64,000 nucleotides of DNA from a bacterium (lineage in GTDB: Bacteria; SAR324; XYD2-FULL-50-16). The notes beneath the pieces were generated by a model. That model saw only the letters and a program-made list of their open reading frames with translations. It did no database searches and was not told the origin of the DNA. Made by a program: the position numbers and the translations under genes. This document shows positions 9,368-18,524 of this stretch, piece after piece; the first letter of the stretch is position 1; each line of letters begins with the position of its first letter. Location: assembly GCA_018829445.1 (NCBI GenBank), contig JAHJTV010000055.1:123269-187268 (forward strand). The letters run 5' to 3'.

Positions 9368-10759
9368 CTACTGGTTCTGAACGGTTATTTCCTTATTGAA
9401 AACATCTTCTATGGCCTTTCGAGCAACACCCGGTTTTTCAATATCAGGGAGACTGTATATTTGATCATAGATATCTGAAGCGAACTGGTCCATGGTTGTC
9501 GAGGATTCCCGTAATACCAGGTCAATTCCCGCCAGAAGTTTTAGTCGAAGTTTCCATTTCTTCTCGCTTTCCTTCAACTGCATGGATTCCTGGAGTTTAC
9601 GGATCTGTTTGTGGTACCCGATTTTAAACAACTCCAGGTATATAATCTTGAAATCTTCGATTATTCTATGTACCTCCAATTCGGAATGATTCTGCAGGTA
9701 CAAATGGTAATTGAAATAGTTCTGGACCAAATGTTTTACCACAATATCGATTTTCAGATCATCCAGGTTGATCTTTCCGAGGCTGATCATACCAACACCA
9801 GGAATGGCAATATAAGCTTCTTTTCTAACCACAGCATTCATCAAATCATAAAAAGAGCTTTCATCTTCATCCGGGTTTTTATTATACAGCTCATCCAATA
9901 GCGAAAAATCGAGGGGAGTGTGATCAGGATTGTTATCCCAATCATCCAGTGATTTTAATACGGAAGCACTGACTTTGAACAGTGCCTGGGGGCTTGAGAT
10001 TTGATAGCCGTAAATCGCTGACATGATATTGATACGATGTCCAAGTTTAACAAGGGTTTTGCCCATATTGATTATACTAACCGCTATACCGGTTCCCGGG
10101 ATATTGGAGGCAACAATGGCTCCCAAGCTGATATTTACCGTTGTTTCAAAGGATTTTATCAGGTTCTTTAAATTTGGACTATCATGGGGGTAAAGAATAT
10201 CGGTCAATTGAGTTCTCTCCACAGGACTCAAATTCCTGATCTGTTCGATGGAATTAAGATCCTGTCGATCCAAAACCGAGTTTGCTCTTTTTAAAATCCA
10301 TGCCTCTGTATCTTCATACAACAAATACTCAAGTCCTTTTTTTACATAGGTGATGGTGATTTTCCTGGCTTTTTCCTCAATATTTCTATACCTGTTTTTG
10401 GCTGATTTTTGAAGATCATCTGTTGCATCATTCAGCTTTTGAATGAGATCACGTATCAATTTGCTTTGTACTTTTTCACCGGTTTTTTTTGAAAACTGTG
10501 AGAGTTTGGATTTGGAGAAACCATAAAGCCTGCTGTCTCGAATAACTTCTCCGGTCTGTTTCCCAACCGATTTGATCTTGATTATTCCTTTTTCCATTCC
10601 GGATCGGGTTTTTTGCATGGTTTCCAGACTTTTTCTCCCTTCAAACGGCTCAATCACCTGATCCCTGGCAATCTGCCGGAGTATATTTCTATCCAGCTGT
10701 GTTATGGTCTTTGTCAACTGGGTGCTGTTTCCATCCCGATCCCGGCTTTTACGTGACAT
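9368..10759 (-). CDS. Hypothetical protein, possibly EcsC-family-like with a long charged N-terminal extension
   Basis: 463 aa with GGAGAG just upstream of the ATG. The segment NIPGTGIAVSIINMGKTLVKLGHRINIMSAIYGYQ resembles the EcsC glycine-rich / ...YG... core. This assignment is by eye only. Confidence 0.55.
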   Translation of the reverse strand: MSRKSRDRDGNSTQLTKTITQLDRNILRQIARDQVIEPFEGRKSLETMQKTRSGMEKGIIKIKSVGKQTGEVIRDSRLYGFSKSKLSQFSKKTGEKVQSKLIRDLIQKLNDATDDLQKSAKNRYRNIEEKARKITITYVKKGLEYLLYEDTEAWILKRANSVLDRQDLNSIEQIRNLSPVERTQLTDILYPHDSPNLKNLIKSFETTVNISLGAIVASNIPGTGIAVSIINMGKTLVKLGHRINIMSAIYGYQISSPQALFKVSASVLKSLDDWDNNPDHTPLDFSLLDELYNKNPDEDESSFYDLMNAVVRKEAYIAIPGVGMISLGKINLDDLKIDIVVKHLVQNYFNYHLYLQNHSELEVHRIIEDFKIIYLELFKIGYHKQIRKLQESMQLKESEKKWKLRLKLLAGIDLVLRESSTTMDQFASDIYDQIYSLPDIEKPGVARKAIEDVFNKEITVQNQ

Positions 10760-11305
10760 AATCTCTCCGGTGGCAACAATTATAGATTAATATGGTTTTT
10801 CAATTAAGGCTAAATTTAATAGATGGGAACTCTACCGTTTTTACAATCAGGCCATATGTTGAATGTCAATTTCAAGATATTGATAATTTTAATTTTCAAT
10901 AACAAATCATTAACAGAATGTCTTTAGAATTTCATCCAGCGTACATGTATTCAAAATCACCATAATCATTATGGATTCCAGATCAACAGACTGTACCACA
11001 GCTGCAATATTGACGTTACTTTATCGGAATTAGAACGGCTAGTAGCGACTTATCATATTTATTGAGATTGTTGTTTTGGATCTTTTCTTAAAATTACACC
11101 CGACAGGATTATCTGTCAAAAGTCACATGATGAGAATTCTATCTGCGGTTTTTCTCCTTGGCTGCAATTTACAATAGAATTGGCAGGATGAAAAAACTAT
11201 GGAATCGGTTGTTTTCAAACAAAATCTAATTGATTTACGCTGTAATTTGTTTAACGAGTTTTTGATTTCACTTCAATAAACAAGGAACTTTCCAGGAAAC
11301 AAAAC

Positions 11306-12154
11306 ATGATTGAGCTTCACCCGGCAGATTACCACAAGTCGGTAAAACCGTTGCAATCAGTAACAATAAATACACTATTTGCAGAATCAGTCATTCGTCA
11401 GCACATTCGCGGTATGGTGTATGTTGATTCCGTTGTTTCACCAATGACCTTTTATATTAAACACCCATATGGGATGTCCCTTCTTTTTGGTAAAACTGAA
11501 AACCGGGAATTTAATGAATCGTTGTACCACTATTTGATAAATTCAAAGGAAAGGAGACAATCTGAGGAGTTGTTACAGGTTTATCCTGAAGACTGGTATG
11601 AGCGACTGGAAAATCTTCTGGGAAAATCCCTGCTAAAAATGTCTAAAGGACAGGCTTTTCAAAAGAAAACAGCAACAGGAAGGAATCATCAAGTTCAGCA
11701 GTACGAAAGAATAAACTTCTCTTTTAAATACGGGAGCTATTATCAAAATAAAAAACAGAGCACAGGCATCCGCTATCCGATAGAAGTCATTGATAAAGAG
11801 ATTTTTGAACAATTTACCGGACAGGTTGCACCGATCAATTTTTGGAACAGTGCTGAAGACTTTCTCGCCCAGGCAAAAGGCTACTGTCTTATGGTAGATC
11901 AGAAGGTGGCCTCTGTCGCCTTTGCCTCATTTATCATCGGCAATAAAATTGAAATAGGAGTGGAAACAAAACCGGAATATCGTGGGGAAGGGTTTGCCAC
12001 GATTGTGTGTTCGGCTCTTATTGATGATTGTCTGGAAAAGGATTGCTTGCCAGTCTGGTCCTGCCATGCTGGCAATATTGACTCAATAAGATTGGCCAAT
12101 CGGCTTGGGTTTAAAGCTGGCAGGACTATCCCCTATTATCGTCTGGTTTGTTGA
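11306..12154 (+). CDS. GNAT-like acetyltransferase (C-terminal GNAT domain)
   Basis: 282 aa. The C-terminal YRGEGFATIVCSALIDDCLEKD...NIDSIRLANRLGF is typical of the GNAT fold. Confidence 0.7.
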   Translation: MIELHPADYHKSVKPLQSVTINTLFAESVIRQHIRGMVYVDSVVSPMTFYIKHPYGMSLLFGKTENREFNESLYHYLINSKERRQSEELLQVYPEDWYERLENLLGKSLLKMSKGQAFQKKTATGRNHQVQQYERINFSFKYGSYYQNKKQSTGIRYPIEVIDKEIFEQFTGQVAPINFWNSAEDFLAQAKGYCLMVDQKVASVAFASFIIGNKIEIGVETKPEYRGEGFATIVCSALIDDCLEKDCLPVWSCHAGNIDSIRLANRLGFKAGRTIPYYRLVC

Positions 12155-12179
12155 GTACTCATTATCCGTGAGAGAAAGA

Positions 12180-12950
12180 TCAAACACCATAATCAATTGC
12201 TTCAGGAAAGGCATGCAGCATATAGGTCGGATTCAGGACTTTAAATCCCTCTCCCATTTCAAAGTCACATTTTTCGGCCAGGTTCCTGGAACGTGTTTCA
12301 TCGTAGATTTTTACCATTTCAAGCAATTCATCGGTAAACTGAGACTTGTGGGCGGCTATTGCCGAGAACTTTTTCTCCCTGTAATTCTCCACATCAATAA
12401 CAGTGTTTGAATTAGAGGTGAAGGAGTACGCTACGCCGCCAATTTCATAAGGTTCGAAGTTTTTATCAATTGTCTCGTCGGTTTTGATAAAGGGAAAGTT
12501 GAAGAGTAAAAATGCCTCGCTGGCTGCCATTCCACCTTTGACATGATCCTGGTGCGCCTCATATGGAAGCCAGGGATCGATTGTCATTACAAAATCCGGT
12601 CGGATTTTTCTGATATATTTAATAATCTCATTCCTGGCCTGATACATCGACCAGTCACCGGCGTCCGGATAATCCATCCAGAAATAGTCTTTAACTCCGA
12701 GAATCTTGCCGGCGACTTGTTGCTCCTTCTTCCTCTGTTCTTTTCTGCGGTGGGTATTTCCAGCATCGATCTCCATAAATCCCGCTGTATCATCGGTAAT
12801 GGTCAGGTAAAAAACTTCAGTCCCGTTTTCGGCCAACCGCGCAATGGTTCCGCCTGCACTGATATCCATATCGTCAGGATGTGGTTGCACACACAGAAGT
12901 TTCTTGCATGCCAAAAGATCCGGTTTGGGTAAAAGTTCTTGAATCTTCAT
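12180..12950 (-). CDS. PIG-L/LmbE family deacetylase
   Basis: 256 aa with zinc-binding motif context VQPHPDDMDISAGGTIARL, a later HQDH, and AHKSQF. Confidence 0.85.
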   Translation of the reverse strand: MKIQELLPKPDLLACKKLLCVQPHPDDMDISAGGTIARLAENGTEVFYLTITDDTAGFMEIDAGNTHRRKEQRKKEQQVAGKILGVKDYFWMDYPDAGDWSMYQARNEIIKYIRKIRPDFVMTIDPWLPYEAHQDHVKGGMAASEAFLLFNFPFIKTDETIDKNFEPYEIGGVAYSFTSNSNTVIDVENYREKKFSAIAAHKSQFTDELLEMVKIYDETRSRNLAEKCDFEMGEGFKVLNPTYMLHAFPEAIDYGV

Positions 12951-13016
12951 CTTATTCCCTCGATTTAGGTTTAAAAAAAGGAGACTATATAGAAGTATCC
13001 GTTTTTGTTATGCAGC

Positions 13017-14300
13017 TTAAAGCCAATGGAAATATTCTCTATTCACTCTTTTCAGTTCAGACCAGACCTCCTCCAATTGCGCTTCATCCGGTCCCAGAGG
13101 GTGAATCAACATGGATTGTTTAATGAGATTCTCGTTTTTGGACAGGTAACCTTCTATGACCAACCGCTCGTAATTTTTGATGGTATAAATCAAACCGACA
13201 ATTGCTTTGTTTGCTGCTCCCAACTCGATTGTCTTCGCCCCTTGTCGGTCAATAATTACCGGGATCTCAAGAACAAAATCATCAGGGAAATCCGTAATTG
13301 TCCCCTGGTTTTTAATGTTAACTATATGAGTCCTCTCATCACTGGTAACCAGGCTCCTGATGAGCTCAGTAGCCACCGTGGAATACATATAGCCCCCTCT
13401 TTTTGACAGTTCCTCCGGTGGTGTTGTTCGCTCTTTTTCTGAGTAAAGGCCCAGAAGCTCCTCTTCGATTTTTAGAATAACCTCCCCCCTTGTCCCCGTT
13501 GTTCGTTTCTCCTCGATTTCCGTAGCCAGCATTTTTCGGGTGTTATAATAGTATTTCAGGTAGGGATTGGGCAGGAGGCGAAGATTGGAGAGGAAGTCAG
13601 GATCGTAGTCGATATCGGGGATATTCTCCATGTTGAGTTTAACCAGTTCGAAAACCTCGTCGGTTTTGTCAACTCCCTTGACCAGAAACCTGTCCACCCA
13701 GCTTAAGTGGTTTAAGCCGTAGTATCTCATGAAAACTTCATCCCTTTCACAACCATAGGTTGCCGAAACCTGCTTGATAAACTCAACCGGACAATTGCAC
13801 AATCCGATGCAGTTCTCATAGTTAAGATAGTTGACAATAAATTCCGTAAGCATCCCGGAGGGATTGGTAAAATTGATGATCCAGGCGTTGTTAGTCTGCT
13901 GATTAACGAGATTCACATATTTCTCCATGAAAGGAAACGCCCGAATGCCACAAGCCATGCCTCCTATACCTGTCGTTTCCTGACCGATCAGATTAAACTT
14001 AAGAGGGATTTTTTCATCATTTATCCTTCCCTCCATTAATCCCGGACGAAACTGGTTGAGTACAAAATCGGCTCCTGAGACTGCTTCCAATGGATCAAAG
14101 GTAGGAGTCAATTTGATATTTGATTTCGCCTTTGAGATCATCCTGCCGGCGAAATCCGACAGAATAGCAAACTTTTTTTCACTCTGCCTGATATCCAATA
14201 AACTGATTTCCGTGAGATTGATCTCCTCCTCTAGGCGGAGTAGACCTTCCAGAACTTCGGGAGTGTACGTGCTACCCGCTCCGATGATGCATATTTTCAT
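13017..14300 (-). CDS. Glycoside hydrolase family 4 (6-phospho-beta-glucosidase / ChbF-like)
   Basis: 427 aa with an NAD-binding N-terminus (MKICIIGAGSTYTPE), NFTNPSG and GLCNCP motifs. Its start overlaps the upstream kinase stop (ATGA). Confidence 0.85.
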   Translation of the reverse strand: MKICIIGAGSTYTPEVLEGLLRLEEEINLTEISLLDIRQSEKKFAILSDFAGRMISKAKSNIKLTPTFDPLEAVSGADFVLNQFRPGLMEGRINDEKIPLKFNLIGQETTGIGGMACGIRAFPFMEKYVNLVNQQTNNAWIINFTNPSGMLTEFIVNYLNYENCIGLCNCPVEFIKQVSATYGCERDEVFMRYYGLNHLSWVDRFLVKGVDKTDEVFELVKLNMENIPDIDYDPDFLSNLRLLPNPYLKYYYNTRKMLATEIEEKRTTGTRGEVILKIEEELLGLYSEKERTTPPEELSKRGGYMYSTVATELIRSLVTSDERTHIVNIKNQGTITDFPDDFVLEIPVIIDRQGAKTIELGAANKAIVGLIYTIKNYERLVIEGYLSKNENLIKQSMLIHPLGPDEAQLEEVWSELKRVNREYFHWL

Positions 14301-15292
14301 GCCGTGTCTTTCCTTTCCAAATAGGTTCTGATGATTGTGTCTGTCAGGGCTTTATCAAGAGGGATACCGTTTTTTTCCAGGGCAAAAAACAACGCTCCCA
14401 AGGCAGGATCCCATTCGGGAATGACAATAGTCGCCTTATATTTTTGATGAACAGCCAGTTCCAGCATTCTTATCAGCGGTGGGAACTTTGCTTTGAAAAC
14501 CGCTCCTTCCAATACAAGTTTAATCTTTTCATCCGGGCTGAACAGTGCGTGATGGAATTCCTTCACCAGGGTCAGAATCTCTTTCACCAGCATCCAGGTG
14601 ATTTCAAGGGCTTTGCCGTCACCCATTTCAGCAGCTTCGAAGAGTATTCTGATCATTCTTTCAACATTGGGTGAAGTCAATCCAATATTTGACAGCTCTT
14701 CAACGGCATTGACTTCAAACTCCTGCAGAAATAACTTTGTCAAAACACTGGGGTAATCTCTGCCATCTTCCGATCGAACTGCCGCACTGCATGCATAACC
14801 GGCGATACAATAGGCACCGAGCAGATCTCCACTATGTGGCGCTAGACCGCCAATCCGTTTGATTTTTCCTTTTCCATTGGCTGCAAAATTCGTGTTACCG
14901 CTTCCGCAGGTGATTACGATCCCTTTACCGTCAATGGTACCGCTTTTCAGGGCAATAAGACCGTCATTTTCAAAATCAAAAGGGATGTCGGGAGTGATCC
15001 TCTTATACATGGCTCTTAACAACGTAAAATCATCTTCCGTATCCGCTCCGGCTGCGCCATAAAAGATATAATCCAAATCATTGGAAGTTAATCCTGCTTT
15101 ACGGACGATTTTTTCGATCCCCGCTTTCAGGTTCTCTTCACTCCCTTCTATCCCGTACAATTCGTGGTTGGCACCCTTGTCATACAGCACATGAGCCACT
15201 TCACCCCGATTGTTGGCAATAACGTATGCTGTTTTTGTGGCACCGACATCCACTCCTAAGAAATAGCTATGCGACTCAATTTTCATTGGCAT
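14297..15292 (-). CDS. BadF/BadG/BcrA/BcrD-type ATPase, N-acetylglucosamine kinase-like
   Basis: 331 aa with an ASKHA phosphate-1 motif (FLGVDVGATKTAY) and a later ITCGSGNTNF. Confidence 0.75.
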   Translation of the reverse strand: MPMKIESHSYFLGVDVGATKTAYVIANNRGEVAHVLYDKGANHELYGIEGSEENLKAGIEKIVRKAGLTSNDLDYIFYGAAGADTEDDFTLLRAMYKRITPDIPFDFENDGLIALKSGTIDGKGIVITCGSGNTNFAANGKGKIKRIGGLAPHSGDLLGAYCIAGYACSAAVRSEDGRDYPSVLTKLFLQEFEVNAVEELSNIGLTSPNVERMIRILFEAAEMGDGKALEITWMLVKEILTLVKEFHHALFSPDEKIKLVLEGAVFKAKFPPLIRMLELAVHQKYKATIVIPEWDPALGALFFALEKNGIPLDKALTDTIIRTYLERKDTA

Positions 15293-15302
15293 CCTTTATC
15301 AT

Positions 15303-15446
15303 TTACAAGATGATTGCTTCACCGTTATTTGAGGATTTGTAGGCGGCGTCCACAATATTCATGATAACCTGTCCCTCCTTCAAACCGGGAATAGTTCCTT
15401 TCTGTGATACATACTTTCTTTGTCCATTTTCCGGCAATAGACGTTG
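15303..15446 (-). pseudogene. Possible C-terminal remnant of a Gfo/Idh/MocA-type oxidoreductase, containing a 19-codon mini-ORF
   Basis: The minus-strand frame reads GQRLLPENGQRKYVSQKGTIPGLKEGQVIMNIVDAAYKSSNNGEAIIL*. The last ~30 aa resemble the typical C-terminus of that family (..G...vi.A.y.S...G..v.l). AAGGAGG precedes the ATG at 15362. Confidence 0.3.
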
Positions 15447-15448
15447 AC

Positions 15449-16234
15449 CTAATCGTATTGTTGCCAGTCCAGATGGTTTTCTTCAACCCATTTATAGTGG
15501 GATTTTAGTTTTAACAGGCATGCGGCATCTTCATCCAAAACCGCAGTTGTCCGTTTATGAAACTGCAGGGCGGATGACGGACATTGCGATGTGATCGGCC
15601 CTTCAATCATGGCTTGTACCGCCATTGATTTTTGTTTACCGCAAGCCAGGATCAGGCAGTGTTCGGCTTCCAATATCGTACCGATTCCCATGGTAATCAC
15701 ATGCCTGGGCACCTGGGAATCATCATCAAAAAACCGGGCATTATCTTTGATGGTATTCTGGGTCAATATTTTTATCCAGGTTCGGGAAGATAAGGATCCG
15801 ATAGGTTCATTAAAACCGATATGCCCGTTACTGCCAATTCCGAGAATCTGAAGATCAATCCCTCCCTCGTTTTTTATCGCCTTTTCATAATTTAAACATT
15901 CGAGCCTTAAATCGGGAGCATTCCCGTCGGGGATATGAGTACTCCCCATCCCAATATCAATATGATCAAACAGGTTCTGTTTCATATACCGGTGATACGA
16001 TTGGGAATGATCGGGGGGAAGGCCGACATATTCATCCAGGTTAAAGGTGGTGCAATGACTGAAACTGATCTCTCCTTTTTCATTCATTGAAATCAGTTTT
16101 CGATACATCTTTTCCGGAGTACTACCGGTAGCTAGACCGAGTACCGGACTCTTTTTCTCACGAAGATATTTAGCAACAATCTTGGCTGCTATCTCCGCAC
16201 ATGAATCTGCGTTTTCTCGGATAATGACTTCCAT
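15449..16234 (-). CDS. nagB: Glucosamine-6-phosphate deaminase
   Basis: 261 aa with GLATGSTP, FNLDEYVGL and GIGSNGHIGFNEP motifs. Confidence 0.92.
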   Translation of the reverse strand: MEVIIRENADSCAEIAAKIVAKYLREKKSPVLGLATGSTPEKMYRKLISMNEKGEISFSHCTTFNLDEYVGLPPDHSQSYHRYMKQNLFDHIDIGMGSTHIPDGNAPDLRLECLNYEKAIKNEGGIDLQILGIGSNGHIGFNEPIGSLSSRTWIKILTQNTIKDNARFFDDDSQVPRHVITMGIGTILEAEHCLILACGKQKSMAVQAMIEGPITSQCPSSALQFHKRTTAVLDEDAACLLKLKSHYKWVEENHLDWQQYD

Positions 16235-16400
16235 TATTACCTCTTTTTATAAAAAGTGAATTCCGACTCAGTAGATTTGTTTCGTCTGCTCTTTCAATCA
16301 GGGAGATTCAGGGGAAGAGAATTCCGAACTCTTTCGTTCGGGTGCTTCTTCGGCATCGAGCAGCGGTTCAGCAAGCCCCTGAAAAAGCTATTCCAGATCA

Positions 16401-16868
16401 TCAAATCGCACCAGGCGGAATGCCTCTCCCAGCTCCAAGCTTGAATTCTTCGCCGACAGCATTTCCCTGGAGCTGCATGGTAAAAGCCATCAGGAGTCTT
16501 ATATTCCCGGCCATGGCGTCTTCAAGCAGTGTCAGATGTTTACCCCAGATTTCAAGCTGTTGTCAATGCTGATTCAACGTGTTTTTCTTCATTTCCTGGT
16601 GGGCGCATAAGGCATCGATCTTTTTCTCCAGGTATTCGGTCATGTCCTCACCGTGGGTGGCTTCCTGGAGTTTTCTGGCAAAATACCAGCGCTCACAAAC
16701 GGAAAAGGGCTGGAGCCCCTCTTCAAAATGCTCCGGGTGATGTTTGTCAAAACAGGATACCCAAAATTCCTCATCAACCGTCTGAGCCAAAACCGTGTGG
16801 TCAAGATTATTCTCATATAATCCGTATGGATCGAAGGTAAAGATAGAGTAGGGGCGGTGTTTCCGCAT
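16401..16868 (-). pseudogene. PIG-L family deacetylase paralogue, 5'-truncated and interrupted by an in-frame TGA
   Basis: The ORF begins at a residue equivalent to about position 113 of the intact paralogue (MRKHRPYSIFTFDP vs IRKIRPDFVMTIDP), so the HPDD motif region is absent. After the TGA at 16563-16565 the same frame continues ...GNAVGEEFKLG, matching the paralogue's C-terminal GEGFKVL. Confidence 0.6.
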
Positions 16869-16946
16869 ATAGAGTTCTCATCGTTTGAAGAGATTAATGA
16901 AAAAAGACCGGTAGCGTTAGTATCCAGCGAACCGATCTGAAAAACA

Positions 16947-17835
16947 ATGAAAAACAGACTACACCAGCCTATCGCATGGCAGGGGGAAGCTGTTAATGCT
17001 TTGGGGCCGGATTATTAGACGACGTTTCCGGTGAAGTTGTTTATGCTGTCGGGGGTGGGCTGGTTACTGATACTGCCAAATATATTGCCGGGAAAAAGGG
17101 GTTGCCCCTTGTATCGTTACCTACTGCTCTTTCTGTTGATGCGTTTTTACCTGGGCTTCCGGTATAAGAGTTAACGGTTGCGTTCAGTATATCGAAACAA
17201 AAGCACCAAACCGGGTTTTTATCGATTGGGAAGTCATCAAACAGGCTCCGCCTGATATTCGAACTGCAGGTATTTGTGATGTTTTATCCATTGCGGTCGG
17301 AAAATGGGACTGGCAGTTTGCTGATCAGCATAATAAAAATCCTATTGGAATGGCTTATTTGAAGACAATTGCATCAATAGCAGACTCAATTCTGCAGGAA
17401 GCGATCGACTGTGCTGAAACTGCGGGCAAGGGAGATGAAAAAGGCTTAAAAAGACTTCTTGATTGCTTGCTGCTCCAGGCTCAACTTTGCAATCAAATAG
17501 GTCATGCCAGACCGGAGGAGGGAAGTGAGCACTATTTCGCCTATCTGGCTGAAAACCTTGTCAGCGGCGGCCGTTCACATGGTGAGTTGGTCGGTCCCGG
17601 CATTCTTATTATGGCGAAACTTCAAGGGCAAGACATATCGTCACTGAAACGAGCTCTTAACGCGTGCCATGTTCCCTTGGCAAATCTTTCCGAAGAAGTT
17701 ATCCATAAAATTCTGACAGATCTGCCCCGGTATGTCCAAACCCACAACCTGCCTTTCGGAATAGCACATCGTTTGAGTGAGCTGAACAAAGTGCATCATT
17801 TGGAGCTGGAGGATATTCTGGGTCCGTTGTCTTGA
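16947..17835 (+). pseudogene. Glycerol-1-phosphate dehydrogenase / iron-containing alcohol dehydrogenase-like gene with two frameshifts
   Basis: Three frames join into one family-like sequence: MKNRLHQPIAWQGEAVNALGP / (F)GAGLLDDVSGEVVYAVGGGLVTDTAKYIAGKKGLPLVSLPTALSVDAF / WASGIRVNGCVQYIETKAPNRVFIDWEVIKQAPPDIRTAGICDVLS...EGSEHYFAY...HGELVG. The frame changes sit at a G-run (~17002) and a T5 run (~17147). Confidence 0.65.
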
Positions 17836-17894
17836 GACAGGTGGGGGAAAAAAATCTGGCCCCCTTTGCCAACATTCAAAATGGAGATGATTTA

Positions 17895-18520
17895 ATGACG
17901 AAAGCAACCAATAAAGACGGGAAAAAGCCGGTTTTTACAAAAAAAAGAGGGATTCTTAGTGTTTCTCTCATATATCGGTATTCAGTTGTGCAGTGAAGTT
18001 CTCAACCAATGGGGCACCTATTTCTATTCTCCTTCCGATGGGGGTGGACGAACTATCTATGTCTCCATCGGACTGGTTGGTATTATATTCATTGCCGGAA
18101 CTATCTGGGATGCCATCACCGATCCTTTTGTCGGTTCCTATTCGGACAGGACAAACCTGCATAGAACCAGAAAAGGATTCCTGCGAATGGAGGGGAGACG
18201 TCGTCTCTTCATTTTCTGGGGTTCGATCCTGATGATGTTTCCCGCCATCGCATTCTGGTATCCGCCGGTAACGGGCGAATCCGGGGTCGTGTCCAAACAA
18301 AACGCGCTGGTGAGAAACGTTCTCTCTTGATTGGAATTGCCTGCCTGTCTGGTACTGCCACGCTAGCAATGTCAGCTCAATAAAACTGGCCATTCGGTTT
18401 GTGGGTTTAAAGCCGTTCGGATTATTCCTTATTACTGCCTGGTCTGCTGATTTTTTGATTATCACCGAGAGAAGGAACAGAATTCAGGACCGTGCACAGT
18501 TCGCATTGGGGCTATAACCG
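17895..18520 (+). pseudogene. GPH-family (glycoside-pentoside-hexuronide) sugar:cation symporter, N-terminal remnant
   Basis: Diagnostic loop 2-3 motif WDAITDPFVGSYSDRT...GRRR. Stop after 123 codons. Downstream frames still read LLIGIACLSGTATLAMSAQ and FVGLKPFGLFLITAWSADFLIITERRN (TM5-6-like). The segment expected between TM3 and TM5 is missing. Confidence 0.6.
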
Positions 18521-18524
18521 CCTG

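Noticed and set aside
16563-16565. The in-frame TGA in the PIG-L paralogue as a possible selenocysteine codon.
   Set aside because: The position (NQH*QQL) is not a catalytic or redox Cys position in this family, no SECIS-like hairpin is apparent immediately downstream, and the gene is also 5'-truncated.
16256-16840. Plus-strand ORFs of 62-103 codons (e.g. 16529-16840) in the decayed region.
   Set aside because: Their translations are Pro/Ser/Arg-rich with no motifs, and they overlap the minus-strand PIG-L pseudogene frame, which does show homology.
17895-17960. A frameshift in the A8 run (17939-17946) linking ATG 17895 to the GPH transporter frame.
   Set aside because: It cannot be distinguished from a simple GTG start at 17959. 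The pseudogene call rests instead on the premature stop, the internal deletion and downstream frame changes.
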